Positions 14,100 to 27,740 of a stretch of DNA of 64,000 nt are shown piece after piece; the stretch's first letter is position 1; every line of letters starts with the position of its first letter. A program made the translations under genes and the position numbers. The notes beneath the pieces are model-generated. The model was not told the DNA's origin. It saw only the letters and a list, made by a program, of their open reading frames with translations, and made no database searches. The DNA is taken from NCBI RefSeq assembly GCF_009914755.1, contig NC_060929.1; one strand, written 5' to 3'. This DNA is from the human T2T-CHM13v2.0 reference genome, Homo sapiens.

Positions 14100-14345
14100 T
14101 TAATAACAACAGCCAGTATTTTGGTCCATTTTATGTGCCAGGCACCAGTACAAGAATTTGGCATATATAAGTCATTTGATTTTCAGAATATACAAGGTAA
14201 TATTATTACCTTTATTTTCAGTTGAGAAAACTGGAGTGTAGAAATGTTAGTAATATGCCCAAGTCACATAGCTAGTAAGTAATGGGGCCTAGATTTGAAA
14301 GCAAGCAACAGTCTCTGGAACCCATAATTTTAGCCACTATGCTGT
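14100..14345 (-). mobile_element. MIR
   Basis: TATGTGCCAGGCAC..GAGAAAACTG..CCCAAGTCACATAGCTAGTAAGT. Confidence 0.8.
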
Positions 14346-15611
14346 AAAGAAATGCAAATAGCCATCGTCATTACTCTTCCAAATCCAGGACTGAATTCGT
14401 TCATTGCAAATATGGTGGATCTCAGAGAGCCTGAGGCAGAAAATGGGCACCTATATGCCTCTCTTACTACTCACAGCTTAAAGTCAGTGGAGTTGACGTA
14501 TGATCAAGCCACCAAATCTCAGCATTTCTTTGGACAAAAGACAACCTTTTTTAGTGAAGGAAAATTCACAGCAACCAATCTGGGTAGGGATTCCAGGTGA
14601 TTCTTGCCACCTCATTCTCAGTCATTCTCACTAGGGTTGATTCCACAACCACATTATAAACTCCTAGTAGACCAGGCCAATATAATTGCTCATCTCCCAT
14701 GACACCCAAGTGTCAATAAATACCAATGAATGAATTGACTCCATTTGTTTGTTTTGCACCCTGACACCAGTAGCCCTCATTGCTTAGAGATTTTTTTCCA
14801 GTAGTAAAAATAGGGATTCTAGAGTTTCCTTTGGTGCAAAGTTTGAGCTCTAGTGCTTTTTAATTACTGTGACTATCAGTGGAGCAGATTATTTTTTGAT
14901 AATGAAATCATCATAGCTGAGGCTCTGTGGAAGACCTTTGACTTCCCATCAAGAGAAGTGTAGGATAAAATGAAAATTGAATGTTGTTTGTTGATGATTT
15001 TCTAATCGATTGCTTGCTGTTTTTTGGTGATTGCGAAACACTAGAAAGTCCCAAAGGAATCAGACATGCATAGAAAGAGAAATGAAGGGGAGAACATGTC
15101 CCTAGGGTAGGTCCACAGGGAAGATAATTGAAGATGACAGAAGACATAATGTCACACTCAGAAAGGGATTTTTTCTGGCCCTACCACACAGAAAATGATG
15201 ACCTTGCAGTGGAGAGATAAGACTGGTAATTAAGGAGGAGTTATTGTGCTAAAGCTGGTCTTCCCTTTCCACTGGTATTTCATTCTGGAAACTGAAATGG
15301 GACATTAAATAAAGAATGGTGTCTCATTTCAGGGCAGAGGGACTTACAAACTATCAAAACCAGGACTGAAAGGAGCCCTGAGCTAATGTGTGTTCTCGTT
15401 ACAGAATTCTGCCTTTCAGCAAGGAAAGGTATTTAGCTGGGATCTGAGGATTAGCATAAACTTCTGATATTCTACCCTTCCTATTTTGGGGGAAAAAGTC
15501 AAACCTTAGTAGAATTTGAAAGCTTAAAAATATCCTGTTCAATTTGCTTTGGATGGCATTTGTTACTATTAAAATTTTAAAAATACAGAAACCACATATG
15601 ATCCTTGTCTT

Positions 15612-15725
15612 GGGAGACTGCACATCCTGTTTTGTCTAGGACAGTCCCAGTTTATATTTGCGATACTGGTATAATTATTACTATCTCTCAAAATGTTGTG
15701 GTTTGAGTAATAAATTATACTCTGC
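15612..15725 (-). mobile_element. MER94-like hAT-Blackjack element
   Basis: GGACAGTCCCAGTTTAT..TAATTATTA..TCTCAAAATG..ATAAATTAT. Confidence 0.6.
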
Positions 15726-15727
15726 CT

Positions 15728-16550
15728 ATATATAACCCAGCGATTCTTCTGCTCAGTATCTAACCTAGAAAATTACTCACACACATGTACAAGGAGGTTA
15801 CTGTAGCACTGTTTATAAATCACAACATAGGAAACCACATGCATGCACACTAGAAGAATGGCCAAATGAACTACAGAATATTCATGCTGAGAGCATCATC
15901 TCACAGTTAAAAGACTGAGATGGATCCATATGTGGTGAAATAGACAAATCTTCTAGACATGTCCTGAGGGGAAATAAATAATCTTTAGAATATTGTCCAA
16001 TATGATACTGTTTAGGTTACTTTAAAAATGCAAACTAGACCAGGTGCAGTGGCTCATGCCTGTAATCCCAGCACTTTGGGAGGCCGAGGCGAGAGGATCA
16101 CCTGAGTTCAGGGGTTTGAGACCAGCCTGACCAGCATGGTGAAACCCCGTCTCTACTAAAAATACAAAAATTAACCAGGCGTGGTGGCAGGTACCAGTAA
16201 TCCCAGCTACTCGGGAGGCTGAGGCAGGAGGATTGCTTGAATCTGGGAGGCAGTTGCAGTGAGCCAAGATCATACCACTGCATTCCAGCCCGGACGACAG
16301 AGCAAGACTTTGTCTCAAAAAAATACAAACTAATTTAAAAGATATTTTAGGGGCCAGATATATGAGTATGTAAGATGAAAAATGGAAAGACATTTATAAA
16401 CCAGTAACAAGGGTTATGTTGGATAGAAGTGATGGGTTTGGATTCAATATGGTGGTCAAGGGTGACTTTAACCATAATATTTCAGCCTTTTCCTAAGGAC
16501 ACTATGATCTTTGATTGCTTGTGGAATTGATCATTTATTTTAAATGTAAT
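15728..16550 (+). mobile_element. Old L1 (L1M-type) 3' fragment interrupted by an Alu
   Basis: ACCCAGCGATTCTTCTGCTCAGTATCTA..GCACTGTTTATAA..ACAGAATATTCAT resembles the L1 ORF2 end/3' UTR. Confidence 0.6.
16038..16323 (+). mobile_element. AluS-family element
   Basis: Dimer with short tail; TSD AAAAAT(G/A)CAAACTA at 16024-16037 and 16319-16332. Confidence 0.92.
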
Positions 16551-17394
16551 TTAAAACTTAAAACTATGTTCCAGAGGTGATGTTGCTCAGTTCATTGTTT
16601 TGAATTGAAGTAACTGAGGCCTTGAGAAGCTGCATAAGTTTTCCAGGGTCACACCATCGATATGGGGCAGAGGTGGGGCCCAAATGAGTCTCCTGACACC
16701 CAGTTTCTTTCTCACTGTCTGGACAATGCTCTCCTTGAAGGTTTATGAAGATTTACTGCGTTGCCTTCCCTCCATAGATGGAAATAAATGGCTGGACACA
16801 AACTAATTCACACTCATCAAATTTTACTCCCCTTAAATCCCCAACTAAAAAGTAATGGCCAGTATCATTAATTGACCCCAGGCTGGCAGCCACCTGATTT
16901 ATTCTCTGAAGTCTACCATCTGGTTTTGTTTTGACCTTAATTCTCCAGCATGCATTTCTTTGATGTGGACATTAAACTGATCATTAATGGTTTGAAGAAG
17001 TGGTAAGTGTATGGTGAGAAGGGTTTCCCTGGCGTATTTTTGTGACAGTTATCGTGGGGTCTTTTGCTTTGGTTTGTGTCATTGCCTTTCCTTTGGTAAG
17101 CAGTGCACTCATGGCCTTTCCCCTGGCGATTCTCTGAGTCCCCGCGAAACCTGCTAATGTGGGGGCAACTGGAAGCAGCTAAACCCTTATTCTTCCCTGG
17201 AGTATTTGCATATTAATAGAGATCAGGACCTGAAGTTAAATTTGATGATGCTTTAAAGGTGGAAACTTAGACATTAACCAGCAGATTAGTATTAGTGGAA
17301 AGGATTTTACTGTACTTATTTTTGCCTTTCTTATTTTTCTGAAATTATGCCAAGTAACTACACTTTGTGTTAATGAACACATACTTTAGTGATA

Positions 17395-17640
17395 CATGTT
17401 GTCCGTGTTGTTGAATATAGAACCCAGCACTTTACGTGAATTATGTCATTTAATCCACAACACAACTTTGTGAGATAATGATTTTATCTCCGGTGAATAG
17501 TTAAAGAAACACCAAGAGATTGGCTTTTTGAGATTTAGCGTCTCAGGGAGGGTAACACCGTAGAAGATAGAGCTAGGTTCAAACCCAGGCAGTCCATCTT
17601 CAGAGACTCAGCTCCTCACCACCATGCCATATTGCTGGCA
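17395..17640 (-). mobile_element. MIR
   Basis: TCATTTAATCC..GAGCTAGGTTCAAACCCAGGCAGTC. Confidence 0.7.
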
Positions 17641-20309
17641 CCATAATAATGATTATGCAGTTATTATGATGTTCAAAACATAATTAAACACAATAAAATA
17701 TAATATTATGTAAGATGTAATTATATGCAATTAGAAGTGTGGATACTCATTTGCATACTTTGATTTCAGAAACACCAAGGGGAAGAAAACAAAATACTTT
17801 CTGAGAGTTGTTGATAGTATTCCAGAAAGTAGGTGGATTTGGCAAAGTTTGTAAGGTGGTTTTTTTCCCTTCCTTTTTGGCTCAACAGTTTGTTGGCTGG
17901 CACTCATACTTGGGAGATAAATGCAAACTGAGATCTCACCATTCACACCACTCCCAGAGGTCACACATCACTTATTGAATAACTGATGGGTTTGGAAAGA
18001 GGGCATGGCTGTAACTCAGCTCAAGAATTCCACTGATGTCATAAAAGGTGATAGCTCAGCCCCAGTGGCAGGTGATGGACAGTGTAGCCATAGAGAGCAC
18101 ATCAGCTCTGTGCTCATTCCCGTCTCCCGTCTCTGCAGATTTAATTTATAGCTGGAACTTGGCCCTTCCTTTGGGCTTACAGGAAAGCCTAAGAGCTGAA
18201 TGGCTGAGCTTATCATGATCTATGTGGATGGCTCTTCTTGTCTTTCTGACCTCCACCCTAGGACACCTGTATCTCCTCCAAGCCCAGTAGTGGGCAGTTG
18301 TTTTCCTAGAGATCAGCAGCTCTTATTGTCAAAAAATATAGTTAAACAGTTTATTAGATGAACTGAGATTCATATTGTTAGGTCTTCCCTCAGTCCACGG
18401 GGGCACTTTCCTAATTACCTTTGCAAGAATATGTTTTATTCCTCAGTTATTTTCCAATTCCTTCTGGAAATTCTTTTAAAGAGTCTCAATCCCAGTGTTT
18501 TGCTTCCATAAGGGAAAAGCACGTAGGGTGATGGTCAGTAGGAATGAATGCAATGTTAGCCTGGAAAAGTGTCTGGATGGATAGGGAAAGTACTCAGAAA
18601 ATTGTGTTTGTGTTTGTGACTTGAACTAAGTCCGTATTCCTCCTGATGTAAGATTTTGGATTAGAATATTCAAGATCATCACTTCCTAATATTATATAGG
18701 AAATCTCATAATCTATATAGGAATAGGAAATCTGTATAATCTTTATTTGTATTTACTATGTTATTGTTCTTTCTCAGCATAGGGGTCTTCCAGAAAAATC
18801 GATGAGTCTAGATTTTTGAGGACTGCTGTGATATTCTTTTAAAGATGAAGACTGTAATCAAGCCAAATTTTCCCAAACACATTCCATGGAACACTAAGCA
18901 CGTGGATCAACAGTTTTGTAGTCAAATATTTGGAAAATGTTGCCTCTTTCCTCCTCTTCGTAGGAATTTGCTGTGGCTCTAAGCATTCCTGCATCCAGTA
19001 AAGATGTCTGTTTAACTTTGTTTAACCCAGTGTTTTCCAGTTTCACCTCATCAAAGAGCCCTTACAGAGCTGTGGAGAGGAGCACTTGGGAGAAGCCAGT
19101 TTTGGAGATGGGATTGCATCCCAGGAGTACATTGAAATGATTGCTTTCTTGAGGATTAGGGCCCACTGATAAGAACAGGCTGTAAGCAGTGTTGTGACAG
19201 TCTTCTCCCAGAGCTCTTAATCGAACTTTTAAGTTTCTCAATTGAATAGTGCACAAATACAATATTTTACCCTTTTACTGAAGGAACATAGTAAATAATA
19301 CTGTGATAGCCCCTTGACAGTAGAAAGATGATCTTTTAAAAAAATGCTCCAGAGAGGTTGGAGGAGAGAATTACTTTTATCTGTGTCTATCAGAATCCCA
19401 TGTACATCCTGGTCCTGGGCAAATATTATTTTAAGAGCTTTTCCATGACTCAAATACCTTCTTTCTATTCTGCTCATTTCCTTTTCTTTTTAGCCTTAAT
19501 GCCATTCCACATTTGAGAGAGAACGTTAACATAAACTGCAGTAATGTCAGTCATCAATATTTGCATAGCTAGGGTGCAGCTTTTGGAAGAAGCTCTCCAG
19601 AAAAAATTACAGTACAGTGTGCACATTGCCTAAAGGTATTTATTGCTTCCAAAGAATGAATTATCTCATCTTATGGAGGAAAAGATGAAGGCTCAGAGAA
19701 GATGAGCCCTAATTTATGCAGAACCCCTGATAATATTCATCTGGAATACCAAGAAATAATGTTAATACATAAAAATAATGTAATGTAAATCATGTTATGC
19801 ACTGCAGCAGTTAGCTGGAAGATCTGGAACTGATTCACCTGGTCAGTTTAGAGCTTTCTGAACTCCCTTGGTATTGTATCCAGACTGGGCTTGATACATT
19901 TAATTATCTAAGTAAAGTAGATCTTGGCCATCACCTTTGAATAATACCAACAATGAGAAAAATAACCGTTAATGGTTGAGGATTTGCAGTTTAGAGAATA
20001 TCACCTACATTATCTTTCTAAGCTGGTGGAGTTACCTCATTTAACAGATTTATAGTGCTCAGAGAGGTTAAGTGATTTGTATATGGTCACACAGCTTAAT
20101 GTATACTTGAGCTGGAGCCAGATCCTAACCCCTTGTATCTCCCTTAAATTGTGCTGTCTCATTCCACAGAGCTCCTCAGGCAAAGCTGTTTGATTGGATA
20201 TAACCTACATTGTTTGAGTATCTGATACATTCTGGGTGGTTTTCCAAGGGGAATTCTTTGAAAGGGAGCTTGAAATTTGTATGTTGAAGTTAGATAACCT
20301 CTTTATTTA

Positions 20310-20555
20310 ACAAACACCTGTACAGTACAGTGTTTATTGTCATTACAGGCAAGCTTCTAAGCACTTTGTAAATATCGAATTGTGAATTTCTCTTATCGGT
20401 CCCACAGACAGATATAATTTTACCGTATTTCACAGATGTGGAAACTAATATCAGAGGCTAAATAATTCCCTGGGGGACACAGAGCCACCACCTCATGGAA
20501 CCAGGATTGTGCCTAGGCTCTCAGGCTCCAAGGCCTATGCTCCTCACCTCTGTGC
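20310..20555 (-). mobile_element. MIR
   Basis: CTAAGCACTTT..TTTCACAGATGTGGAAACT..AGGCTCCAAGGCCTATGCTC. Confidence 0.7.
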
Positions 20556-20861
20556 TGGGTTCCTTCTCCTTCTAAATTCTCTGTTTACACAAGCATGGGA
20601 CTGGGTAGAAAAACTGGATGGAGGGTGATTCAGATTGAGATGTTTTCTTGGTGTAAACATGAGATGTCTGGGTGGTAAGCTTATATGAATGGTTTTTACT
20701 TTTTTCTTTGTACTTTCATATATTTCCTAAATTTCCTACAATATTTATGTGTTACTTTCCTAATAATGAAGGGGCATACGCAGAAAACACATTGGCTCTA
20801 GTATAGGATTTCAGCCTTTATAGATGTTGATGCTGACTTATTAGCAACCTATTTGTTAGCA

Positions 20862-20890
20862 GCACATGCGTGCGTGTGCATGCACGTGGG

Positions 20891-20919
<29 letters not shown>
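20862..20919. repeat. Alternating purine-pyrimidine tract plus (CA)14
   Basis: GCACATGCGTGCGTGTGCATGCACGTG (27 nt, strict RY alternation) then CA run 20891-20918. Confidence 0.9.
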
Positions 20920-20922
<3 letters not shown>

Positions 20923-22644
20923 TTGCAGGGGAATTTTGAGCCAGAAATTTATCTGTAGGCCCATATTCATTCCTTTTTGCACATTTCTATTGTGACCTTG
21001 GGCACGTCTCTATCCCTCTTTGAGCCACTGTTTTCTCATCTGATAAAAGAAGGATAATATTGCTTCAAAGAAGGTTAATAGGACTAAGTAAGGCACTGAA
21101 TATGCATGTATTTTATAAGTTTTAAAGTGCCTTAAAAATGTGAGTAACTGTGTTTAGGTAAAAACATATATGGCATGTTTCTTAAAGTTTCTCTTCTCTG
21201 TTATTTGCATAGATGTTATGCAACTTGTGTTGTAGATAGTTTGCCAAGGAGAATTTTATCCTGCAGGCCTCAGCCAGTCAGTATATGAGCTAAGATGGAA
21301 GTTTTGTGGGATAAGCAATCTGCTGCTCCCTTGGAGAATTCTCTAAATTTGCAAGTAGAAACATTGCGGTTGGCAAAATGGAGCTGGATTAATAACGTTT
21401 ATCATTCAGGTGGAGGCTTTGTGTTTGCAAAGGGCCTGGTAATTGGTAATTAGCTGATGCCCCTTGTCTCCTCCTGCCACCCTCTTCCTCCCTGCCCTGC
21501 TGTGCCCCCTGGAATCCAGAGGCAGAGGCACCTGCATGCTCCCAGTCTGCTTCTCCCTGCACAGTGCCTGGAAAGTCCCAGGGGACCACAGCCATCTGAC
21601 AAGTTGGTACTGGGTTGAGTTACACCAGCCACACACACTAGCTCTGGCCCTGAGCTGGGAGTAAATGAGGTCAGGCCAAGAGACATCAAGCTTCAAACAT
21701 ATATTTTCAAAATAAATAGGAAGTCTCTGTCCTCATACTCTTTCCCTGTCACCTTTGCTCCCTAAAAGTCTAACCTCTTTTTAGTCAGTTTCCTGGTATC
21801 CAAAGGCCCATTTTACTTCCTCCAACCATCCTGTCAGCAAATCACATTTCCCTGTTGTGTTTTCTCCAGTAGAAAGGACTTTTCTCATTTATTTGTTCCT
21901 GAGAAGAATTAGGAATCTGAGAATCTTGATGATCTTTTGGCTGCTTCTTGGGTAGCAATTTAGACTCTCACTGAACACCCATCTCATCTCTTCAGAGCTA
22001 TTCAATCATGCTGAAGTTCATTTGAACAAACTAAGACTTCCTATTAGCAACCCCATCCTGCTTAAAAAATGGAGATTCCCCTCTGCCATTAAAGCAGATC
22101 TGAGAGGCTTTTTTTGAAGGAGGGCTGAAAGTTGAATAATTAACAGGACATTTCTTTTCCAACCCTTCTTTTCTTTTCTTTTTTCATCAATCTGAAGTAT
22201 CCTGGGACGCTCTTTGGCCTGGCACATGGGTAGGTAGGCATATTGTCAAAGATTGAGCTGCAGTTTTTCAATTTGTGACTTCCCTGATAACTACTTCCTC
22301 TAGAAGTCCCCAGAAATGAAAATGGGAGTGTGTGTCCAGGCACAATTGCTTCTCCCAGTCTTCCTGGGGATGTTCCAATCTTGTCAACCAGTTTTCAGTT
22401 TTGTTTCAGAGTATTGACTCAAGTAATTAAATCATCAATAATATTAGACTTCCCTTTTTCCTTTTTAATTTTTCTTTCTCTATTATTCTTTTTCTTCACT
22501 ATCCACCCCAACCCCCCATTCATCTGTTCTTTTTATGGAAGGCCAAAAAGTGTAATACATGGTAAAGAGGGGAAAGGGGACTCTGTAGTAGGGAGCTGAG
22601 GACTAGTTCAGTCAGGCAGCCCTAGCTTAGCTTCAGTTTCCTTA

Positions 22645-23235
<591 letters not shown>

Positions 23236-24164
23236 CTGTTTCTGGAATTTAACAATTTCTGGTTCCCTGGGGAGAAGATGTTCCCTGGCAGCTGGGCCTG
23301 TTTTAGGTCTTGTGTTTCCCGCAGAGACTCTAGGGAAATTCTTAAAGGGGCTTTGTGAGTATCATCTCTGAGCATAACTGTGTGCCCAGGAGCTCGCAAC
23401 ACACCCCTCATTCCATGGCAGGATGTCGTCAGCTCTGGTTAGTCTCTGAGTCCATTGCTTAGAGCTGAGCTTAGAAAAGAGAATTTCTCTCTTAGAGACA
23501 AGTGGGATGCTGTGGGAAAACATAGATCTGGGAAGCCAGTCAGGCCAAAGGGATCCAGGAGTAGGAGTTCCTATAGTCGGCATGGATGTGGATAGGTAGA
23601 CGCAGGCCCAGTGCCTGACTTGGGGACCACGGGGAAGCCACTCACCTGATTGTCTCTCACCTGCCACCTGCAGACCCTGCTCCTTACTTGCTGTTTGGGA
23701 AATATTGTCGCTTTGCATAGGATGGCACTGTTCTTACTTTTGATGAATGTCTGAAAAATGAACTTCTTATCCTCTACCTTTTTCAACTGCCATATACATG
23801 CTGGCATTACTGTTAACAAATAGGCCCTTTTCCCTGATCACATGAGCCTCGGATTATGGTCTGCATTGATCTTCTGTGAGCTCAGGTGGCCATGTTCAAA
23901 GAAAGCTTTGTGAACATGATGACTGAGAAAGATGAATCTGGGTGCCGCATGAGGCTGGAAGGTGGGGGCAGTGATGTGGCACATCAGCTCACTCAGGCAG
24001 GACAGAATAGGGTTTAAGCAAAGAATGCATTAGAATGCATTATGCCATACGTCACCCACTTACCATGGCATAGGACTAGAGGGGGCCTCAAAGATTATTT
24101 AAAGAAAAACAAACCAATGCCTTTAAGGCTTGTGACTCTGTAACTAGAGGTGAAGTATGGCTGG

Positions 24165-24990
24165 ATGCATTCATTTAGCAACTAGTTACTTATTGAGCTT
24201 TTACTGCATCTCAGGCACTGCAGTGGAAACACAGGATGAACTAGACAATGTCCCTCCCTCTAGGTCTTCTAAAAAAAAGACCAGTACATGAAAAATAATT
24301 GTAAATTATGATACAAAACAAGGAGCAGAATAGGGAAGAACTAAAGCTTGGGGCAGAAATGAGGCTGGCTACTTTAGGTGGGATGGCCAAGGATAACATC
24401 TCTCTGACATTTGTGTTAAGAATTAAAGCCATATAAAGTGCTTCCCAGGGTGCCAGACCAATATGGTATATTCTTCATAAATATGCTACATGAAGAGTGG
24501 GAAGAGCAAAAGAGCAGAAGAGCATTCCAGCTGGAGGAGCAAACATTTGCAAAAGTTCAAGATGGGAAGATCTCGGCCCTTTCCAGGACTTGAAAAAAGG
24601 CCCCTGGCTGGAGAGTCATGAGAGAAGGGAAGCAGCTTCAGATGAATTCGGAGAGGTAGAAGCAGCCAGATCCTCTAGAGCCTTGTAGGCCACAGTAAGG
24701 GGGTTGAGTTGTAATGCAAGGCAGAGTTCTCAAGCTCTATCATGAATCAGAATCACCTGGAGATTCAATAGAGATTGCTGGACCCCATCCCTAGAGATGG
24801 GGACCTTCTAATAAGTTTGCATGTGGTGCCGATGCTACTGGGCCAGAGACCAGACTTTGAGAACCACTGCTGTAAGGCAGTGAGAACCCTAACAGAAGGA
24901 TGTTTCATATAATTAATTTGCAGGACTTAGTAACTGATGGAGTGTAGGGTTAAAGAGGGAAAAGAATCAAAGATAATTCTAAAGGTACAG
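24165..24990 (-). mobile_element. L2 fragment with nested MER5A and a MIR-derived insert
   Basis: CATTCATT..TATTGAGC..AGAGCATTCCAG..GCCTTGTAGGCCACAGTAAGG. Confidence 0.7.
24722..24869 (-). mobile_element. MER5A-type hAT-Charlie MITE
   Basis: TIRs CAGAGTTCTCAA / TTGAGAACCACTG; 8-bp TSD ATGCAAGG / CTGTAAGG. Confidence 0.8.
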
Positions 24991-25000
24991 TCCTGTGTGA

Positions 25001-25320
<320 letters not shown>

Positions 25321-26858
25321 GAAAAATTATTTATTCAGGGCTGGATGATGAGATGGTATAACCAGCAGGAATCTTCCTTGGGTTTCAGTAGGTGTGGGAA
25401 TTAACTCACAGATCCATGTGTGTGTATGCATTTTTTCTTAAACAGGTGGTAGAGAGGGTACAAATATCAGGGAGAAAGTCCACAGAAGCAGGATAAGATA
25501 CTGTCAACCTGGGGTTCCTTCAGGCCTTCCCAGCCAAACCCTTCCCCCTGCAACTCAGGATCAGCCACCTCATTGACTTGCCCCACCCAAGGCCAAACCA
25601 ATATTGACAGCAGCCTCAATGCACCAGCAGGAGGGGTCTACAGTTATTGCTGCCACAGGTCTTACACCAGATGGCCCTCGGTGGGCCAGCCTGTTCTTGC
25701 CCAGTCTGTTCTTGCCCTGTTCTGACCAGTGGCAGTGCTGCCTTACCAGGGATGCCCTATCTCCACCTGAATGAACCAGGTCTGGGTTTGCACTGCTCTG
25801 CCCCAGAATGCCCCGCTGTTTTCACGTAGTCAGGCAGGTTCCCCAGCCTTAGTTCTACCAGAGCCAGCCTCCTCGCTTCCCCATGCATCAGTGCTGCTGA
25901 GAGTGAATCCAAGTTACGGGAGTAACCTTGCTGAGCAGGAGGCCAAAACCAGTGAGTGACATGAAGCATCGTCCATCCAAAAGAGAGGCCAAGAAAGCAT
26001 GGAAAGGACAGTGTCATGGAGGCCTAGCAGGAGACAAACTTTTAAAAGAGGCAGAGAGATCTAAATACATCCAAACTGTTGAAGCGTAAAGCATTAGAAA
26101 AAAATATGATTTCTCAACAAGTTATGACACCTTCATAGAGAACAGTTATACAGGAATGAGTGGGTGGAAGAAAATAGCAACCACAGCCCAATAATGCAGA
26201 TCTAATGTTATTAGGTTAAATACTACACAAGTAATTACTCAGTGATGAAAATTATTAATTGTGCACATGATGCTCACTCTATGCCCTGGGTGTTTCTGTT
26301 CCTGCTTGAATAGTGGAATAATTAGCAGATAACTGCGCTATTAATTATGCCAAAGCTTGCTTTGAGATAGACTAAAAGGCCAAACATGTAGGATGAGGAG
26401 GAGCTATGTGTTCTGTTCATCTTTGTGCCCTGAGAAGAGCAGATGGAAAGCTTGAGGTCAACCTGGGCCCACAGCTGGCCAGGTAGACTGAAGTTCTGTC
26501 ATGCCCTGCCTTGAAAGGGAACCAGAGTGCCTATGCAGGAAGCCCACGCACATAGCACTTAGGCATAGCAGGGGGTTAAAGGTGTTTTCAAGTTCAAGTC
26601 ATGACACATTTATAAGCCAAAGCCCCAAGGGCCAGTATTTTCCAATCTCTTCCTCCACCATCCTTGGCCATATGGTAAACATTTCTCTTTCCTTTCCCCA
26701 TTGACACCAACAAGTTCATCTCACATGGGTAAGACTCAGACAAATCCCATAGCTTTTTACACGTAGATTTTCCACAAAGCGAATCCCGGCAAACGATATA
26801 CAGAACTCCTAGCTTATCTTGCCATGGGATGAGATAAGATGGTAAGAAGTCATCCTGT

Positions 26859-27178
26859 GGCCAGGTGTGGTGGCTTATGCCTGTCATCCCAGCACTTTGG
26901 AAGGCTGAGGGGGGAGGATTGCTTGAGCCCAGTAGTTTGAAAACAGCCTGGGCAACATGATGAAACCTTGTCTCTAACAACAACAACAACAACAAAATTA
27001 GCTGAGTGTGGTGGCACATGCCTGTAGTCCCTGCTACTCGGAGGCTGAGGCAGGAGAATCACTCAAGCCTGGGATATGGAGGTCACAGTGAGCCAAGAGG
27101 GGATCACTGCACTCCAGCCTGGGCAACAGAGTGAGACCCTGTCTCAAAAAAAAAAAAAAAAAAAAAGAGAGAGAGAGA
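26859..27178 (+). mobile_element. AluJ-family element; linker converted to (AAC)n, tail to (AG)n
   Basis: GGATTGCTTGAGCCCAG and GTGAGACCCTGTCTC are J-type; TSD AAGAAGTCATCCTG / AAGAAGCTATCCTG. Confidence 0.92.
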
Positions 27179-27274
27179 AAGAAGCTATCCTGCTGGAGTC
27201 TGAAAGCTTGACCTAGCACTTTCCTATAGACCCTTATATGAGGATAGAAATCTTGTTTTGTGCTCCTTGTTTTG

Positions 27275-27740
<466 letters not shown>

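Noticed and set aside
17018-17137. Hydrophobic transmembrane-like reading frame (RIFVTVIVGSFALVCVIAFPL)
   Set aside because: In-frame stop just upstream and no ATG ahead of the hydrophobic stretch; hydrophobicity follows from T-richness
25690-25725. Three TGTTCT steroid-receptor half sites
   Set aside because: Product of a small tandem duplication; spacing does not form a canonical response element
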